Positions 28,003-36,951 of a DNA stretch of 46,401 nt are shown in pieces. Made by a program: the position numbers and the translations under genes. The first letter of the stretch is position 1. Every line of letters starts with the position of its first letter. This DNA comes from a virus. Lineage: Duplodnaviria; Caudoviricetes. The notes under the pieces were generated by a model that was not told where the DNA came from, searched no databases, and worked only from the letters and a program-made list of their open reading frames with translations. The DNA lies in the IMG/VR virus record IMGVR_UViG_3300025030_000180, positions 1 to 46,401 of that record; one strand, 5' to 3'.

Positions 28003-28773
28003 TCACCATATCTGCTTGGAAAGCATTTGCCTCAGCTCTGCCGGGGACATATCGCTTTCTGATTTAGAAAATTGTGCCGGCGAACTCCTCACCGACTCTG
28101 CTTGCTGCAATCTTGCTTTGCGATCCTGCTTGACGTTGGATTGCGGGGCTGGCGCTTGTGCCTTTCCGTAGTGGTCCAGAAGCCTCACCACGTCCCGCCC
28201 GTGGGGGCTAGACCTAAACACTTGCTGATCTTCCATTGGCAAAGACTTGAACCACCCGGCAAACTGCGGGGTGTTTACCGTCTCTTCCCAATCCGGATAC
28301 CTGGAGGCGATAACCCCATGCTCTACGCGCTCGGACATTTTCTGCTCGAATCCGGCAATCCTTTGTTCCAGGCTGCTTTGGCCTGACTTTCTCTCGTTAG
28401 CTTCGCTTTCAAGAGATGCGGCCCATTCCGGGTAGATTTCCTTCAGTTCCTCGAAATCTGCATCGCTTTTGGCTTTAGCAACTTGCTTCTCGGTCGGCGC
28501 CTGGACTGTCTCGGCGGCGGCTCTCTTCGCAAGTTCGCTTTGCAATGCACCAACCCGGCCCTCGGCGGTTTTGAGTCTGTTGGACATTTCATCAAGCCTT
28601 GTAACCAGCAAGGATGGGTCAAAAGTCGGCGCTTGCGGGGCGACGACCTCTTCGGCCCGTGCTTCCTCTTTCTCCGGCTGTCCTTGCTGCTCCGGCTCGG
28701 CCGGCTCGTACTGAATCGGCCCTTCGCCCTCGAAAATCTCACTCGCCATTTCTTCGCGTTCTGTCGCTGCCAT
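28003..28773 (-). CDS. Capsid scaffolding protein
   Basis: Acidic coiled coil with YPEWA and YPDWEETVNTPQF..W; directly upstream of the capsid gene. Confidence 0.8.
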   Translation of the reverse strand: MAATEREEMASEIFEGEGPIQYEPAEPEQQGQPEKEEARAEEVVAPQAPTFDPSLLVTRLDEMSNRLKTAEGRVGALQSELAKRAAAETVQAPTEKQVAKAKSDADFEELKEIYPEWAASLESEANERKSGQSSLEQRIAGFEQKMSERVEHGVIASRYPDWEETVNTPQFAGWFKSLPMEDQQVFRSSPHGRDVVRLLDHYGKAQAPAPQSNVKQDRKARLQQAESVRSSPAQFSKSESDMSPAELRQMLSKQIW

Positions 28774-28841
28774 TCCCTTTCCTCCTGCCCGGCGTTTCCG
28801 GCGGACGCATAGTTAGGGGCGATTTCTCGGCCCTGAAAAAC

Positions 28842-28889
28842 AAAAAAACCCCGCTCCAGACAGTCTTTTGACTATCCGAAGCGGGGCTT
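28842..28889 (-). terminator. Long hairpin plus U-tract in the scaffold leader (terminator/attenuator)
   Basis: GCCCCGCTTCGGATAGTC-AAAA-GACTGTCTGGAGCGGGGT followed by a T-run on the minus strand. Confidence 0.55.
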
Positions 28890-28967
28890 GCGCGCTGCTT
28901 ATTTACTGTTCGACCGGGGCTGTTATGCGCTGGTCTTATTCTGTTTTTATAAACCTAAACTGCCGTC

Positions 28968-29120
28968 TCACTCCTTAACCCAAGTGCAGTCAAAAAATAT
29001 CTTCATCATAACTCTTTTAAAGAAAGAAGGATAATATCCGTTGCCCGGAGTATATTTTATGCCGTCATCTTTTACCGGATCTGCGCCGAACAGATAGCAT
29101 ACCCATTTCTGATCACCCAT
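28968..29120 (-). CDS. 50-aa AT-rich hypothetical protein
   Basis: AAGGAG RBS; MGDQKWVCYLFG...FFDCTWVKE; bracketed by a 13-bp direct repeat. Confidence 0.55.
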   Translation of the reverse strand: MGDQKWVCYLFGADPVKDDGIKYTPGNGYYPSFFKRVMMKIFFDCTWVKE

Positions 29121-29220
29121 TTTTCTCCTTTCTCCTTAACCCAAATTCCTCTTCCAGCAAAGATACCAGCATCTTAGCCACCCTGTAAAGTACTTTTGCA
29201 AGCCTGGACTCATTGGGCAT
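29113..29220 (-). CDS. 35-aa hypothetical protein
   Basis: GGAG RBS; MPNESRLAKVLYRVAKMLVSLLEEEFGLRRKEKNG; overlaps both neighbours. Confidence 0.45.
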   Translation of the reverse strand: MPNESRLAKVLYRVAKMLVSLLEEEFGLRRKEKNG

Positions 29221-29503
29221 TATTTTTCTCCATTGCCAGGAGTTTCCTGCAGAGCTTTATTTGCCCACGGATCATCGCAGTCTTCTCGGCTCCATGCGGC
29301 TTCTCGTTATCCGCTTGGAGTTCGGCAAGTTCGGCGAGTAGCTTGGTGCGGACGAAACACCAGGTGCCGGAGTAGCGGTCGAAGCTTCCTGCCGGCGTGT
29401 CGTCTGCCACCCAAACAATCGGCCCTGGCTTTGGCAAGAAATCTTCTTCCTCCATGGACTCGACCCGCTCCGGTGCTGGCCGGAAATAATCAAGGATGCT
29501 CAT
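29210..29503 (-). CDS. Conserved small protein downstream of portal
   Basis: GGAGG RBS before MSILDY; TW..VR..L..EL..NE..T..IRGQI..CR.LL pattern. Confidence 0.65.
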   Translation of the reverse strand: MSILDYFRPAPERVESMEEEDFLPKPGPIVWVADDTPAGSFDRYSGTWCFVRTKLLAELAELQADNEKPHGAEKTAMIRGQIKLCRKLLAMEKNNAQ

Positions 29504-29642
29504 TGCTTTACCTCCACTGGGACGAAACGGCTCACGGTCGTCTGCCTGCATCTCGGGCAATCATAGTCAAATTTAGCCTGTTGCCATGCCGTGTCTATGA
29601 CTAGATATTTGCATGTCAGGCATTGGAAGTTATACCTCTTTT

Positions 29643-31805
29643 TCATTGTTCAAACGCCCTCCCTGTCTGCGCCTTACCGTTGGGCTCAGTAGGCGGTACG
29701 GCTGCTTTCGGTGATACAGGCGGACGTACCGACAATTCCCGCTGCACGTTCAATTTCATGGATTCTTTAGCCAGCTCGGCTTTGATTTGCTCCAGGCTCA
29801 TATTGCCCTTGGCGGCCAGTTCCAACATTTTCTCCTCACGCTTCAGCATGGCGAGTTGAATGTCATGCTCTCGCTTGAGTTGCGCCTCTTCCCGGTTGGC
29901 CTGGAGGTGCGCCTGGTCCGTCTGCTGCTGCATCTGCTCCCGCGCAATATCCCCGTCAGTCCGCATTTTGGCGACTTCCATGCTTGCCGCGACCCTAGGA
30001 TCTTGCGGTGGCTGCTCTTGCGCTGCCTTCTTGGCCGCTTCGATCTCTTCATCGGTTTTTAAAATATCGATATTTTGCGCCTTGAACAACTGCTTTAACG
30101 CCTTCTCCCAATCGACAATCGACCCGATGAGAGGATCGCCCCGGAACGGTAGCAGTTGAATGATAGACTGCGCTGACTTTTCCTTTTGGAGTAGAACGCT
30201 CACGCCACGGGGATCAACGTTGTAGTCACCCTTGATGTCGTCGTTGTCATTGTACTGCATGTTCCAGTGATAATATCTGGTCAGGTGCGGCCTGGTGATA
30301 TTGTCATCCCAGAGCTTCACCCGGCTCCGGAGGGCCACGTTGCTGGAGTCGATTTTGAGTTCGGTGGCGCCCAGGGTTTCCGCCGGCCCGACTTGCTCAC
30401 CGGCAAACGCCATTGGCAGCGCGGTTTCCAGGTCGGTGAATCTCAGGGCCATTTCAATAATGCGCTGTAAATCCTGTTGGTTGCTCCCCACCTGGAATTG
30501 TGCGAACGCCTGGCGGACATCGATCATATCACCGCCGGCCCTCCAGATTTTTTTACCCGTGATCTCCATTACCCCATCGTCCGGCTCGACTCCTGTGCCG
30601 ATAACGATGTTGACCCCGGCGGAATCTCCGGCGTTGTCCATCATTGCCCGCCAGGCAGCAGTGATAATCCGCTGTTGCCAGATCTGAATGCGAGGCAGTC
30701 CGATACCCCACACAGAGTCAGTGACCTTCGACCACTGGAAAAAATCATACGGCAGATCCCCGGTATCCAGGGTATTGAGCATGGCTTTGATGGGCCGGTC
30801 GTTGACGATCACCACGCAGACGGCCACAACGCCAGTCACGTCGGCACCGCAATCGCAGTTGAGCGTCAGCAGCTCCTCGGCGGTCAGATCTCCATGGTAC
30901 TCCCACATCTCCAGGGATTGGCCGCGCCCGATCAGGTTGCGGGTAACATCGTAGCCCCCTCCCTTGACCGGCACTAGGGACGTTCTGACCGGCTCCTCGG
31001 CGAGAATTTTTTTGATCTCATCGACGTTATAGCCAGGAACCCCGGCCAGACGTTTGAGCTCGCGCGGCAGGATGAAATCACGCTCAAAAATATACGAGGC
31101 CCGGCTGATCTCCTCGCCACATTCCGGGTCGGGGTAGACATTCCAAGGCGCTACGCTCTTGCTGTACGGGTTATGCTCCTCCATCGCGTCCAGGACGTAG
31201 GCGCCAGCGGTCTTGTCCTGCTTCCAAACTTTTCGAATCTGCTTCAAAACCCCAGGCCCCTTGAGGATGCCGGTGCCGAGTCGAACCGCAGAGGCCAGGG
31301 CCTTTCGGCATTCGGCGTTGAAACTGCACTCATTCAGCTGGTCGTCAATCTCTTTTTCCATGCCGGCCATTTTCTTCTCGGCTTCGGCCATCTCGTTTTT
31401 CGCGAGGTCAGCGAGGGTGACTTGCTTTCCATCCACCATCACTGGCTGGCCGTCCTGAACGACCGGCGTCTCGTCATCGAGTTGCAGGGACAGCTCCGGC
31501 ACCGGCGTGACCTTCAGGCCCCAATTCCTGTCGTCGGTAGGCAGCTGGATATCCGCGAATCTCCCCTCTGTCTGCTCGCATTTGCCCCGGATGATGTTGA
31601 CGATAACCTTGGAGCGGCGCGGCTCATTCCCACGGCTCGGCTCGGCGGTACCAGTGGCGTAGGCGAGCATCGACCGGCGAGAGGTGGCGTCCAGACCATC
31701 ATAGGCCTCTTCGTCTTCCAGCCACCGGGCTTCGACCCCGGATGATGCCCGGTACTGCACGGCCTCGTTGCGTTTCGCCAGCAATTTTGATATGAGCGCC
31801 TGCAT
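29643..31805 (-). CDS. Portal protein
   Basis: ~720 aa after TerL; VNIIR.K, D.NW, G.GILKGP, PWNVYPDP and WGIGLP motifs; Gln-rich C-terminal barrel-like region. Confidence 0.88.
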   Translation of the reverse strand: MQALISKLLAKRNEAVQYRASSGVEARWLEDEEAYDGLDATSRRSMLAYATGTAEPSRGNEPRRSKVIVNIIRGKCEQTEGRFADIQLPTDDRNWGLKVTPVPELSLQLDDETPVVQDGQPVMVDGKQVTLADLAKNEMAEAEKKMAGMEKEIDDQLNECSFNAECRKALASAVRLGTGILKGPGVLKQIRKVWKQDKTAGAYVLDAMEEHNPYSKSVAPWNVYPDPECGEEISRASYIFERDFILPRELKRLAGVPGYNVDEIKKILAEEPVRTSLVPVKGGGYDVTRNLIGRGQSLEMWEYHGDLTAEELLTLNCDCGADVTGVVAVCVVIVNDRPIKAMLNTLDTGDLPYDFFQWSKVTDSVWGIGLPRIQIWQQRIITAAWRAMMDNAGDSAGVNIVIGTGVEPDDGVMEITGKKIWRAGGDMIDVRQAFAQFQVGSNQQDLQRIIEMALRFTDLETALPMAFAGEQVGPAETLGATELKIDSSNVALRSRVKLWDDNITRPHLTRYYHWNMQYNDNDDIKGDYNVDPRGVSVLLQKEKSAQSIIQLLPFRGDPLIGSIVDWEKALKQLFKAQNIDILKTDEEIEAAKKAAQEQPPQDPRVAASMEVAKMRTDGDIAREQMQQQTDQAHLQANREEAQLKREHDIQLAMLKREEKMLELAAKGNMSLEQIKAELAKESMKLNVQRELSVRPPVSPKAAVPPTEPNGKAQTGRAFEQ

Positions 31806-31806
31806 A

Positions 31807-33228
31807 TTAGATACCCACAACGGAGTCACGTGGTGCCCCGTATGATGCGCCAGCGTAGACACGCCGAACCGGCTTTGTGGTTGCGAATCTTTTACCCATC
31901 ACACCGTACCGGCTGGCGGATATGAGGTCATCGTACTCTTTTACTACCCGCCCGTCCTTGCGATGGTACAATAAAAACTCCTCAAACCATTCCGATAGGT
32001 GCGAAAAAACCTTGAATCGCCCGGTTTGCATCCTGGTCAGCATGTCGCTGAGGCCAGCCTCGACACCGTTTGTCCCATCCTCGAACATTACGCGCTCTTT
32101 GCACATCCCTAGCCCTAGGTCACGGTATTGGCTGGCAATCTGCTCTCCACTCCCCTTATCGTGCTGTAGTCCGTCGTGCGGCCACACCCACGGCAACCAT
32201 GCCCCCCAGGCCTTAAGAGTGGCGGCGTGGATTACCGGAGTAGCGCGAGACAACCGATGGGCGTGGGTGACATAGATGCAATCGCCGTCACGGTCCCACG
32301 CATGCCGGACAGCGGCGGTCGGATGATCCCACCCGAAATCAATGGCACCGATAACCGGCCAGTGATCAGGAATATAGAACGCTCCCACACTGATACTCTC
32401 CTGCGTCACAGGAAAAATCCGGCCACTGCCGAGGATGGGGATCCCCTTTGTCCGTGCGTCACGCTCATGCTCTGGGTATGAGGCAATTATCCGGACTCGC
32501 TCCTCTGGGGTGTAGTGCTCGGCATCCTCGATAGTCATGTTGATGTCACAACGGTCTGGAGATTCCTCCGTCATGAATCGCCGGACCACCTCGCTCATCC
32601 CCATGAGAGGGGTCAGAGTCAGGATTACCGGCCCCATGGTCGTGTTTGTCCGGGTTACACCCTCGCTATACACATCAGACGGTGGCTCCTCATCAAACCA
32701 CACGCCATCGAGTGTTTCGGCCTGCCATTTCGACCTACCCTGGTCGTAACTGGCGAATTGCAGCGATGAATTTCCGCCGAACTCACTTTTTACCGTGATG
32801 GAGGCCAGGGCATCAGCTACGCCAGAGCGAGAGGAATGATCTATGATGCAATCTCCGGGTATCATTCCAGTGCCCCAGGCGGCGCGGTCCTCTGGGGTGC
32901 CTACGAGTATGCGCTGGACACCCTTGCGGGTGAGTTCGGCGGACTCAGACCCGGCCATAAACCTCACTGGCCGGTCGAACCTTTTCCCATCCCACCACTC
33001 TGGATACCTGCCGGAGAGATGCATTGCGACCTCTGCCCCGCCGGCCAGAGTTTTTCCAGACTGGTTGGAGGCCCGGAAAAGCCGCTCCCTGTAGGTGGCC
33101 CCGGCGGCATGAAATTCGATTTGTTTTTTGTACGGGCGATAATACTGTAGTCGGTTGCGGGATTTACGGCGCTCCTCCTCTTTCAGCATTGCAGCCAGAC
33201 GTCTCTCCTCATCCCAACTCAGTGCCAT
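31807..33228 (-). CDS. terL: Terminase large subunit (P22-like)
   Basis: Walker A ASNQSGKT, Walker B VWFDEEPP, LTLTPL.G, nuclease IDFGWDHP and DDLISASRY. Confidence 0.95.
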   Translation of the reverse strand: MALSWDEERRLAAMLKEEERRKSRNRLQYYRPYKKQIEFHAAGATYRERLFRASNQSGKTLAGGAEVAMHLSGRYPEWWDGKRFDRPVRFMAGSESAELTRKGVQRILVGTPEDRAAWGTGMIPGDCIIDHSSRSGVADALASITVKSEFGGNSSLQFASYDQGRSKWQAETLDGVWFDEEPPSDVYSEGVTRTNTTMGPVILTLTPLMGMSEVVRRFMTEESPDRCDINMTIEDAEHYTPEERVRIIASYPEHERDARTKGIPILGSGRIFPVTQESISVGAFYIPDHWPVIGAIDFGWDHPTAAVRHAWDRDGDCIYVTHAHRLSRATPVIHAATLKAWGAWLPWVWPHDGLQHDKGSGEQIASQYRDLGLGMCKERVMFEDGTNGVEAGLSDMLTRMQTGRFKVFSHLSEWFEEFLLYHRKDGRVVKEYDDLISASRYGVMGKRFATTKPVRRVYAGASYGAPRDSVVGI

Positions 33229-33233
33229 AATAG

Positions 33234-33647
33234 CTATTTTACCTCGGCCCTTTTCGCCAGCAACCGCTCAATTTCTGCCCCCAATTTGTCGTCAGGGAGG
33301 ATATTTAGGGAAACCTCACCACCATGCTGCAATTTATCGGCATACCTACGAGGATTTTCTTTTCCAGCCTGCCATTTTTGGGCGTCGATAGCGACCCGAC
33401 ATTGCTCTGGAGTGATTTTCCCCTTGATCATGTCGTCAGCGTATTCGTCAATCCTGTCGGATCTAATGTCGGCGCGGCTTTCGCGCGCGCGGGCGTACAT
33501 TTCGGAGGCCTGCGGATCTTCCCGCATCCAGTCGCACCATGTCGGATGCGCTGGCATCCCAGGCTCTTTCAGGATTACATTGACAGTCTCACCGTTTGCT
33601 ATCCTAGAGCAGATAGCTGGGATGAGGAGATCCCTGTCGTATTCCAT
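33234..33647 (-). CDS. terS: Terminase small subunit (Sf6 gp1-like)
   Basis: IC.RIANGE..I...GMP..T...W..YARAR..IDAQKW.AGK..P.RY.DK; directly upstream of terL. Confidence 0.85.
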   Translation of the reverse strand: MEYDRDLLIPAICSRIANGETVNVILKEPGMPAHPTWCDWMREDPQASEMYARARESRADIRSDRIDEYADDMIKGKITPEQCRVAIDAQKWQAGKENPRRYADKLQHGGEVSLNILPDDKLGAEIERLLAKRAEVK

Positions 33648-33920
33648 AATTTCCTTATTTTGTTCAAATTTGTTTTGAACTGTCTACGTTTACTCGCACA
33701 CGGGGGCATACAGGCAAAGCGCCAAGATGATGCAAAAAATAACCGCTCCTGCCGTATCTCCGTCCATTTTCGCCTGATTCTCTCTCGCAATTAAACAACT
33801 TTCTAAAATATTTTTACACCTGTTCGTAATATTGCAAAAAGATTTTACTATTGCAACAAGAAAATCAAACCAATGCGCAAATTATTTTGCATCTGTCAAA
33901 AATAATATCGTAAAATAAAC

Positions 33921-33950
33921 TTGACAGCCTGCCCGGATCTGTGTTAGGAT
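33921..33950 (+). promoter_or_regulatory. Sigma70-like promoter of the plus-strand island
   Basis: TTGACA-18 bp-TAGGAT with extended -10 TG, in an AT-rich intergenic region. Confidence 0.55.
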
Positions 33951-34006
33951 AAATCATAATCAAACGGGCAATCAAGCCCAACCCAAAAAAAACGAGGAGA
34001 AAGGCC

Positions 34007-34288
34007 ATGACTACCGAACAAGAGAAAATCAACGCCACCACCACCCTGAACCAACTTTGTGACACCCTGAACGAAATCAGCGACGAGGTTAGAGAGAATG
34101 TCTGGATTGACCAGGTTGTTGTTGACACCTGCAACCTGCCGACGTTCGGCGGGGTTGACCCGCAAAACACCTCTGAGGTGTGGAGCTGGGACGAAAAGTG
34201 CGTTTTGGTCGCGGACGGTAGTCGGTGGAGTATTGCCGACCGCTGCGCATGTGGCGAGGCTGATTTTCATTGCCGGTGCGAAGGTTGA
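34007..34288 (+). CDS. Hypothetical protein
   Basis: GAGGAG RBS; LPTFGG.DP..T.EVWSWDE..VL motif. Confidence 0.7.
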   Translation: MTTEQEKINATTTLNQLCDTLNEISDEVRENVWIDQVVVDTCNLPTFGGVDPQNTSEVWSWDEKCVLVADGSRWSIADRCACGEADFHCRCEG

Positions 34289-34476
34289 GCCGGGGCGGAG
34301 CACAGCCGGGGAGCGGGCGAAAGCCCGCCGCCCCTGGCATGAAACGAATAACTAAGGGGGTCAGGCTGCCTGAGTGGGTTTGGGCCTGGCTGGACGAACA
34401 AAACGACCCACGTGGAACGGTGCTTGAAAATGCCCTACTGAAGGTGCATAAACTCAAGCCTCCCACGGCAGGGTAA
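34285..34476 (+). CDS. Small DNA-binding protein (RGG.R.G.GRK motif plus ribbon-helix-helix-like)
   Basis: TTG start overlapping the upstream TGA; RGGAQPGSGRKP..KGVRLPEWVWAWL. Confidence 0.6.
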   Translation: MSRGGAQPGSGRKPAAPGMKRITKGVRLPEWVWAWLDEQNDPRGTVLENALLKVHKLKPPTAG

Positions 34477-34497
34477 CGTCTGAATTAAGGGGCGCTG
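34475..34497 (-). mobile_element. Orphan attC right arm (L'-R')
   Basis: 23-bp exact reverse complement of 43220-43242. Confidence 0.6.
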
Positions 34498-34522
34498 TGA
34501 GGTTAACGAGCGAGGTGAAAAA

Positions 34523-34750
34523 ATGAACCGGAAACCGACCCACCCCGACAACGTGCAGGTACAATTTGACGACGCTCCACCCCGGAGCACCAGGCCGCTG
34601 ACGGCGGACAAGGATGACGCTGACGCCCTGGATTTTGAGCGCGATTTACCGTACCCCGGAATAGATTTTTATATCAGGGAATTGAAAAATCAGAATAATT
34701 TGAAAAATGAGGTGCATCATGGCAGCCGTTATCGCAATAAAACAGATTAA
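34523..34750 (+). CDS. Hypothetical protein
   Basis: GAGGTG RBS; co-oriented with the island. Confidence 0.5.
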   Translation: MNRKPTHPDNVQVQFDDAPPRSTRPLTADKDDADALDFERDLPYPGIDFYIRELKNQNNLKNEVHHGSRYRNKTD

Positions 34751-34949
34751 TATGTGTCGCGTAGACGACGTGCGTTTCGCCGATCTCGCCGCTGTCACCG
34801 GGACAGATTACCTGCGTTTTAGGCGGTTGGTTACATCACACCAATACAACTGTGACTGTCCCTATCACGTTTCTCGGACATATATCAGGCCGGATGGATA
34901 TATCTACGAGACAATTAGCCACACGGCCCTAGAGCAGGAGCAAGCATGA
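34719..34949 (+). CDS. Hypothetical protein
   Basis: GAGGTG RBS before MAAVIAIK; stop overlaps the next ATG. Confidence 0.5.
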   Translation: MAAVIAIKQINMCRVDDVRFADLAAVTGTDYLRFRRLVTSHQYNCDCPYHVSRTYIRPDGYIYETISHTALEQEQA

Positions 34950-35335
34950 AATTTTCACCATCATCAACCTGGAAGGCCAAGCGCGTCAAAGCCCTGGCCG
35001 TCGCCGGCATCCTATCGACTCCGGACACGGTAGTCCGGATTTACCGGCATTTCCTGGCCGGCGCGATCAAACACAACAATCAGGGTCAGATTGCGGCGGC
35101 TCTGGGAATGGCACAATCCCTGATCTGCGCTGATCTGAAACGGCTCGGCATTGACCACGCCCGGCACAACCGGGGCTCAAGCGTGGTTGTGGACATGCTG
35201 GACGGCCGCAAGCTGTCCCCGGCTGAGGCGGCCGAGGCGATCGGCATCTCTTTGACGAATTTCTACCAACGCTGGCACCGGACCGGCGGAAATATCAACA
35301 AAATAAAAATGATCGGAGGCGGAAATGGAAAATAA
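34946..35335 (+). CDS. Putative HTH DNA-binding protein
   Basis: QGQIAAALGMAQSLI..DLKRLGI and LSPAEAAEAIGIS..F.QR helix-turn-helix-like segments. Confidence 0.6.
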   Translation: MKFSPSSTWKAKRVKALAVAGILSTPDTVVRIYRHFLAGAIKHNNQGQIAAALGMAQSLICADLKRLGIDHARHNRGSSVVVDMLDGRKLSPAEAAEAIGISLTNFYQRWHRTGGNINKIKMIGGGNGK

Positions 35336-35474
35336 AACTTGGACCTATGCTCAGTGGCACCGTGAATTTATGTTATCGATTGCGGCCGTAGCCTTTGCCG
35401 GCGCTCTTGTCGGCTCTATGCTCGGCTTTGTGTTGTGGGAGGCGGCGCGGTGGGCCGGGTTGCCGAATGGGTAA
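35325..35474 (+). CDS. 49-aa single-pass membrane protein
   Basis: GGAGG RBS; FMLSIAAVAFAGALVGSMLGFVLW hydrophobic segment. Confidence 0.5.
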   Translation: MENKTWTYAQWHREFMLSIAAVAFAGALVGSMLGFVLWEAARWAGLPNG

Positions 35475-35685
35475 AGGCGACATCCTGGATTTTAAAAAAA
35501 TGACGCTCTGCATCTGCCCGAAATGCGGAGTTCAACATCAACTAAAAATCGAATGGACCGGCCGGGGAATACCTCGTTTTTACTGCCCGGTTTGCGCAAA
35601 ATGCGCCGATGTTACCGGTGCATCGAGATCAAAATTAATCCGTAACGACCATAACAACTCCGGGAGGAGGGGGGCAAAATCATGA
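35467..35685 (+). CDS. Zinc-finger protein
   Basis: CPKC..H..WTGRG.PRFYCPVC. Confidence 0.6.
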   Translation: MGKGDILDFKKMTLCICPKCGVQHQLKIEWTGRGIPRFYCPVCAKCADVTGASRSKLIRNDHNNSGRRGAKS

Positions 35686-35795
35686 AAAAAATCTGGCATG
35701 ACATCGACAACAAAACGGTCCTGGCCGCTCTGATCTGCGGCTATGTGATCATCAGCCTCGGGCTGGAGGTGTTGATCACGATTGGAAACAGTTAA
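35682..35795 (+). CDS. 37-aa membrane peptide
   Basis: GGAGG RBS, ATGA overlap; TVLAALICGYVIISLGLEVLITI. Confidence 0.4.
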   Translation: MKKIWHDIDNKTVLAALICGYVIISLGLEVLITIGNS

Positions 35796-35907
35796 AAAAA
35801 TGCCATGTCGGCCCCCTTCCATGGTGGGGGAAACGGGCTGAACTGTATCTCCTCTCTCGTCAGAGAGGGCGAGGGACAGCATGACCGGACACCGACATGG
35901 CAAAACC

Positions 35908-36135
35908 TTATTTTCCGCAAAGGACATAATAAACCCTGACCGGAAAAGTATTTTCGTCCCTCGCCCTTTGAAATTCCTCCCCTTTTTGGCACACCCGGCC
36001 CGCAGAGTCAACACAAATTGTTTCCGCCGCCCTCGCCCCGGACATTAAAAATTTACGCCTCGCACTATCGCACCAATCCCCGAAACTAGAAAAATCAAAA
36101 AGCAGATCCCCAACTCTTACGGTTATCTCTTGCAT
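35908..36135 (-). CDS. Hypothetical protein
   Basis: GGAGG RBS; F.SF.DW...A..ICVDS.GRVC..G..F.RARDE..FPV..Y. Confidence 0.65.
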   Translation of the reverse strand: MQEITVRVGDLLFDFSSFGDWCDSARRKFLMSGARAAETICVDSAGRVCQKGEEFQRARDENTFPVRVYYVLCGK

Positions 36136-36221
36136 CCCACACCCTCCGTATTTGATTTTTAAGCCACTTTCGCCCTGCCGCCGGCCAAGGCATTGCCTGG
36201 CACCTAAAAACGCCGTGGCGG

Positions 36222-36410
36222 TCAACGGTGATTGCGATTTGACGGCAAAGGGCATCTTGTCATCTTGTCCAGCCTGGTCCATTTTTCTGCCCCGTCAATT
36301 TTATTCTGCCCTCCGGTGCATCCTGGACCGACCAGTGGGACATAATCAAAAAATGGGCAGTCGCTACCTGCGCACCATGCCGACACCTTGATCAATTTTA
36401 TGTCACTCAT
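36222..36410 (-). CDS. Cys-rich hypothetical protein
   Basis: Overlaps upstream stop; C..CPF..C..CPL. Confidence 0.5.
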   Translation of the reverse strand: MSDIKLIKVSAWCAGSDCPFFDYVPLVGPGCTGGQNKIDGAEKWTRLDKMTRCPLPSNRNHR

Positions 36411-36951
36411 CCCCGCCACCCTCTGACAATCCAGCGATTCTTCCAAGATTTGATATTCTCCTCTGAGCAATCCCGAACTTCTTCACTGCGGTTTTCTTCT
36501 CCTGTATGGCGAGGTGCGCCTGGTGGCAATGCGAGCATACCCCGGCCAAATACCCATCTACATCGTCGTAATGGTTGACAAAATACGGCATTCCGTAGTA
36601 TTCTTCCCCATCGCCTCGATATTCGATGGCGTAGGCGTCAATCAAATGTTGTGATCTGCCGTCATCCTGTAAATCTGGGCACCCAGCTAGTGCCTCACCT
36701 ATTTTGTGTTTTATCCTGGACACCTCACCCCGGCACCTCGCGTATTCGATGCAGGCGTCACGGTATTTATTTATTTCACTCATCGATACAACCTCCCGGC
36801 CCCGCCAGTCGTCAACGCATGCCTGATGTGCGAAAATTCTCGTTTCGGCATTCATCCGGTGCGGCTTCGACACGTCCACCGGACGGCCGCAGAGGTCGCA
36901 GGTTTCGCGCTCTTCCGTGGTCGGCTCTTGGTACTCATTCATTTCTGGCAT
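36403..36951 (-). CDS. Hypothetical protein (possible internal start at 36783)
   Basis: CDLC..H..C N-terminal part; second GGAGG RBS before MSEINK. Confidence 0.55.
   Translation of the reverse strand: MPEMNEYQEPTTEERETCDLCGRPVDVSKPHRMNAETRIFAHQACVDDWRGREVVSMSEINKYRDACIEYARCRGEVSRIKHKIGEALAGCPDLQDDGRSQHLIDAYAIEYRGDGEEYYGMPYFVNHYDDVDGYLAGVCSHCHQAHLAIQEKKTAVKKFGIAQRRISNLGRIAGLSEGGGDE

Noticed and set aside
35845-35875. Hammerhead ribozyme (CUGACGA on the minus strand)
   Set aside because: The motif lies in a simple hairpin and lacks the downstream GAAA core
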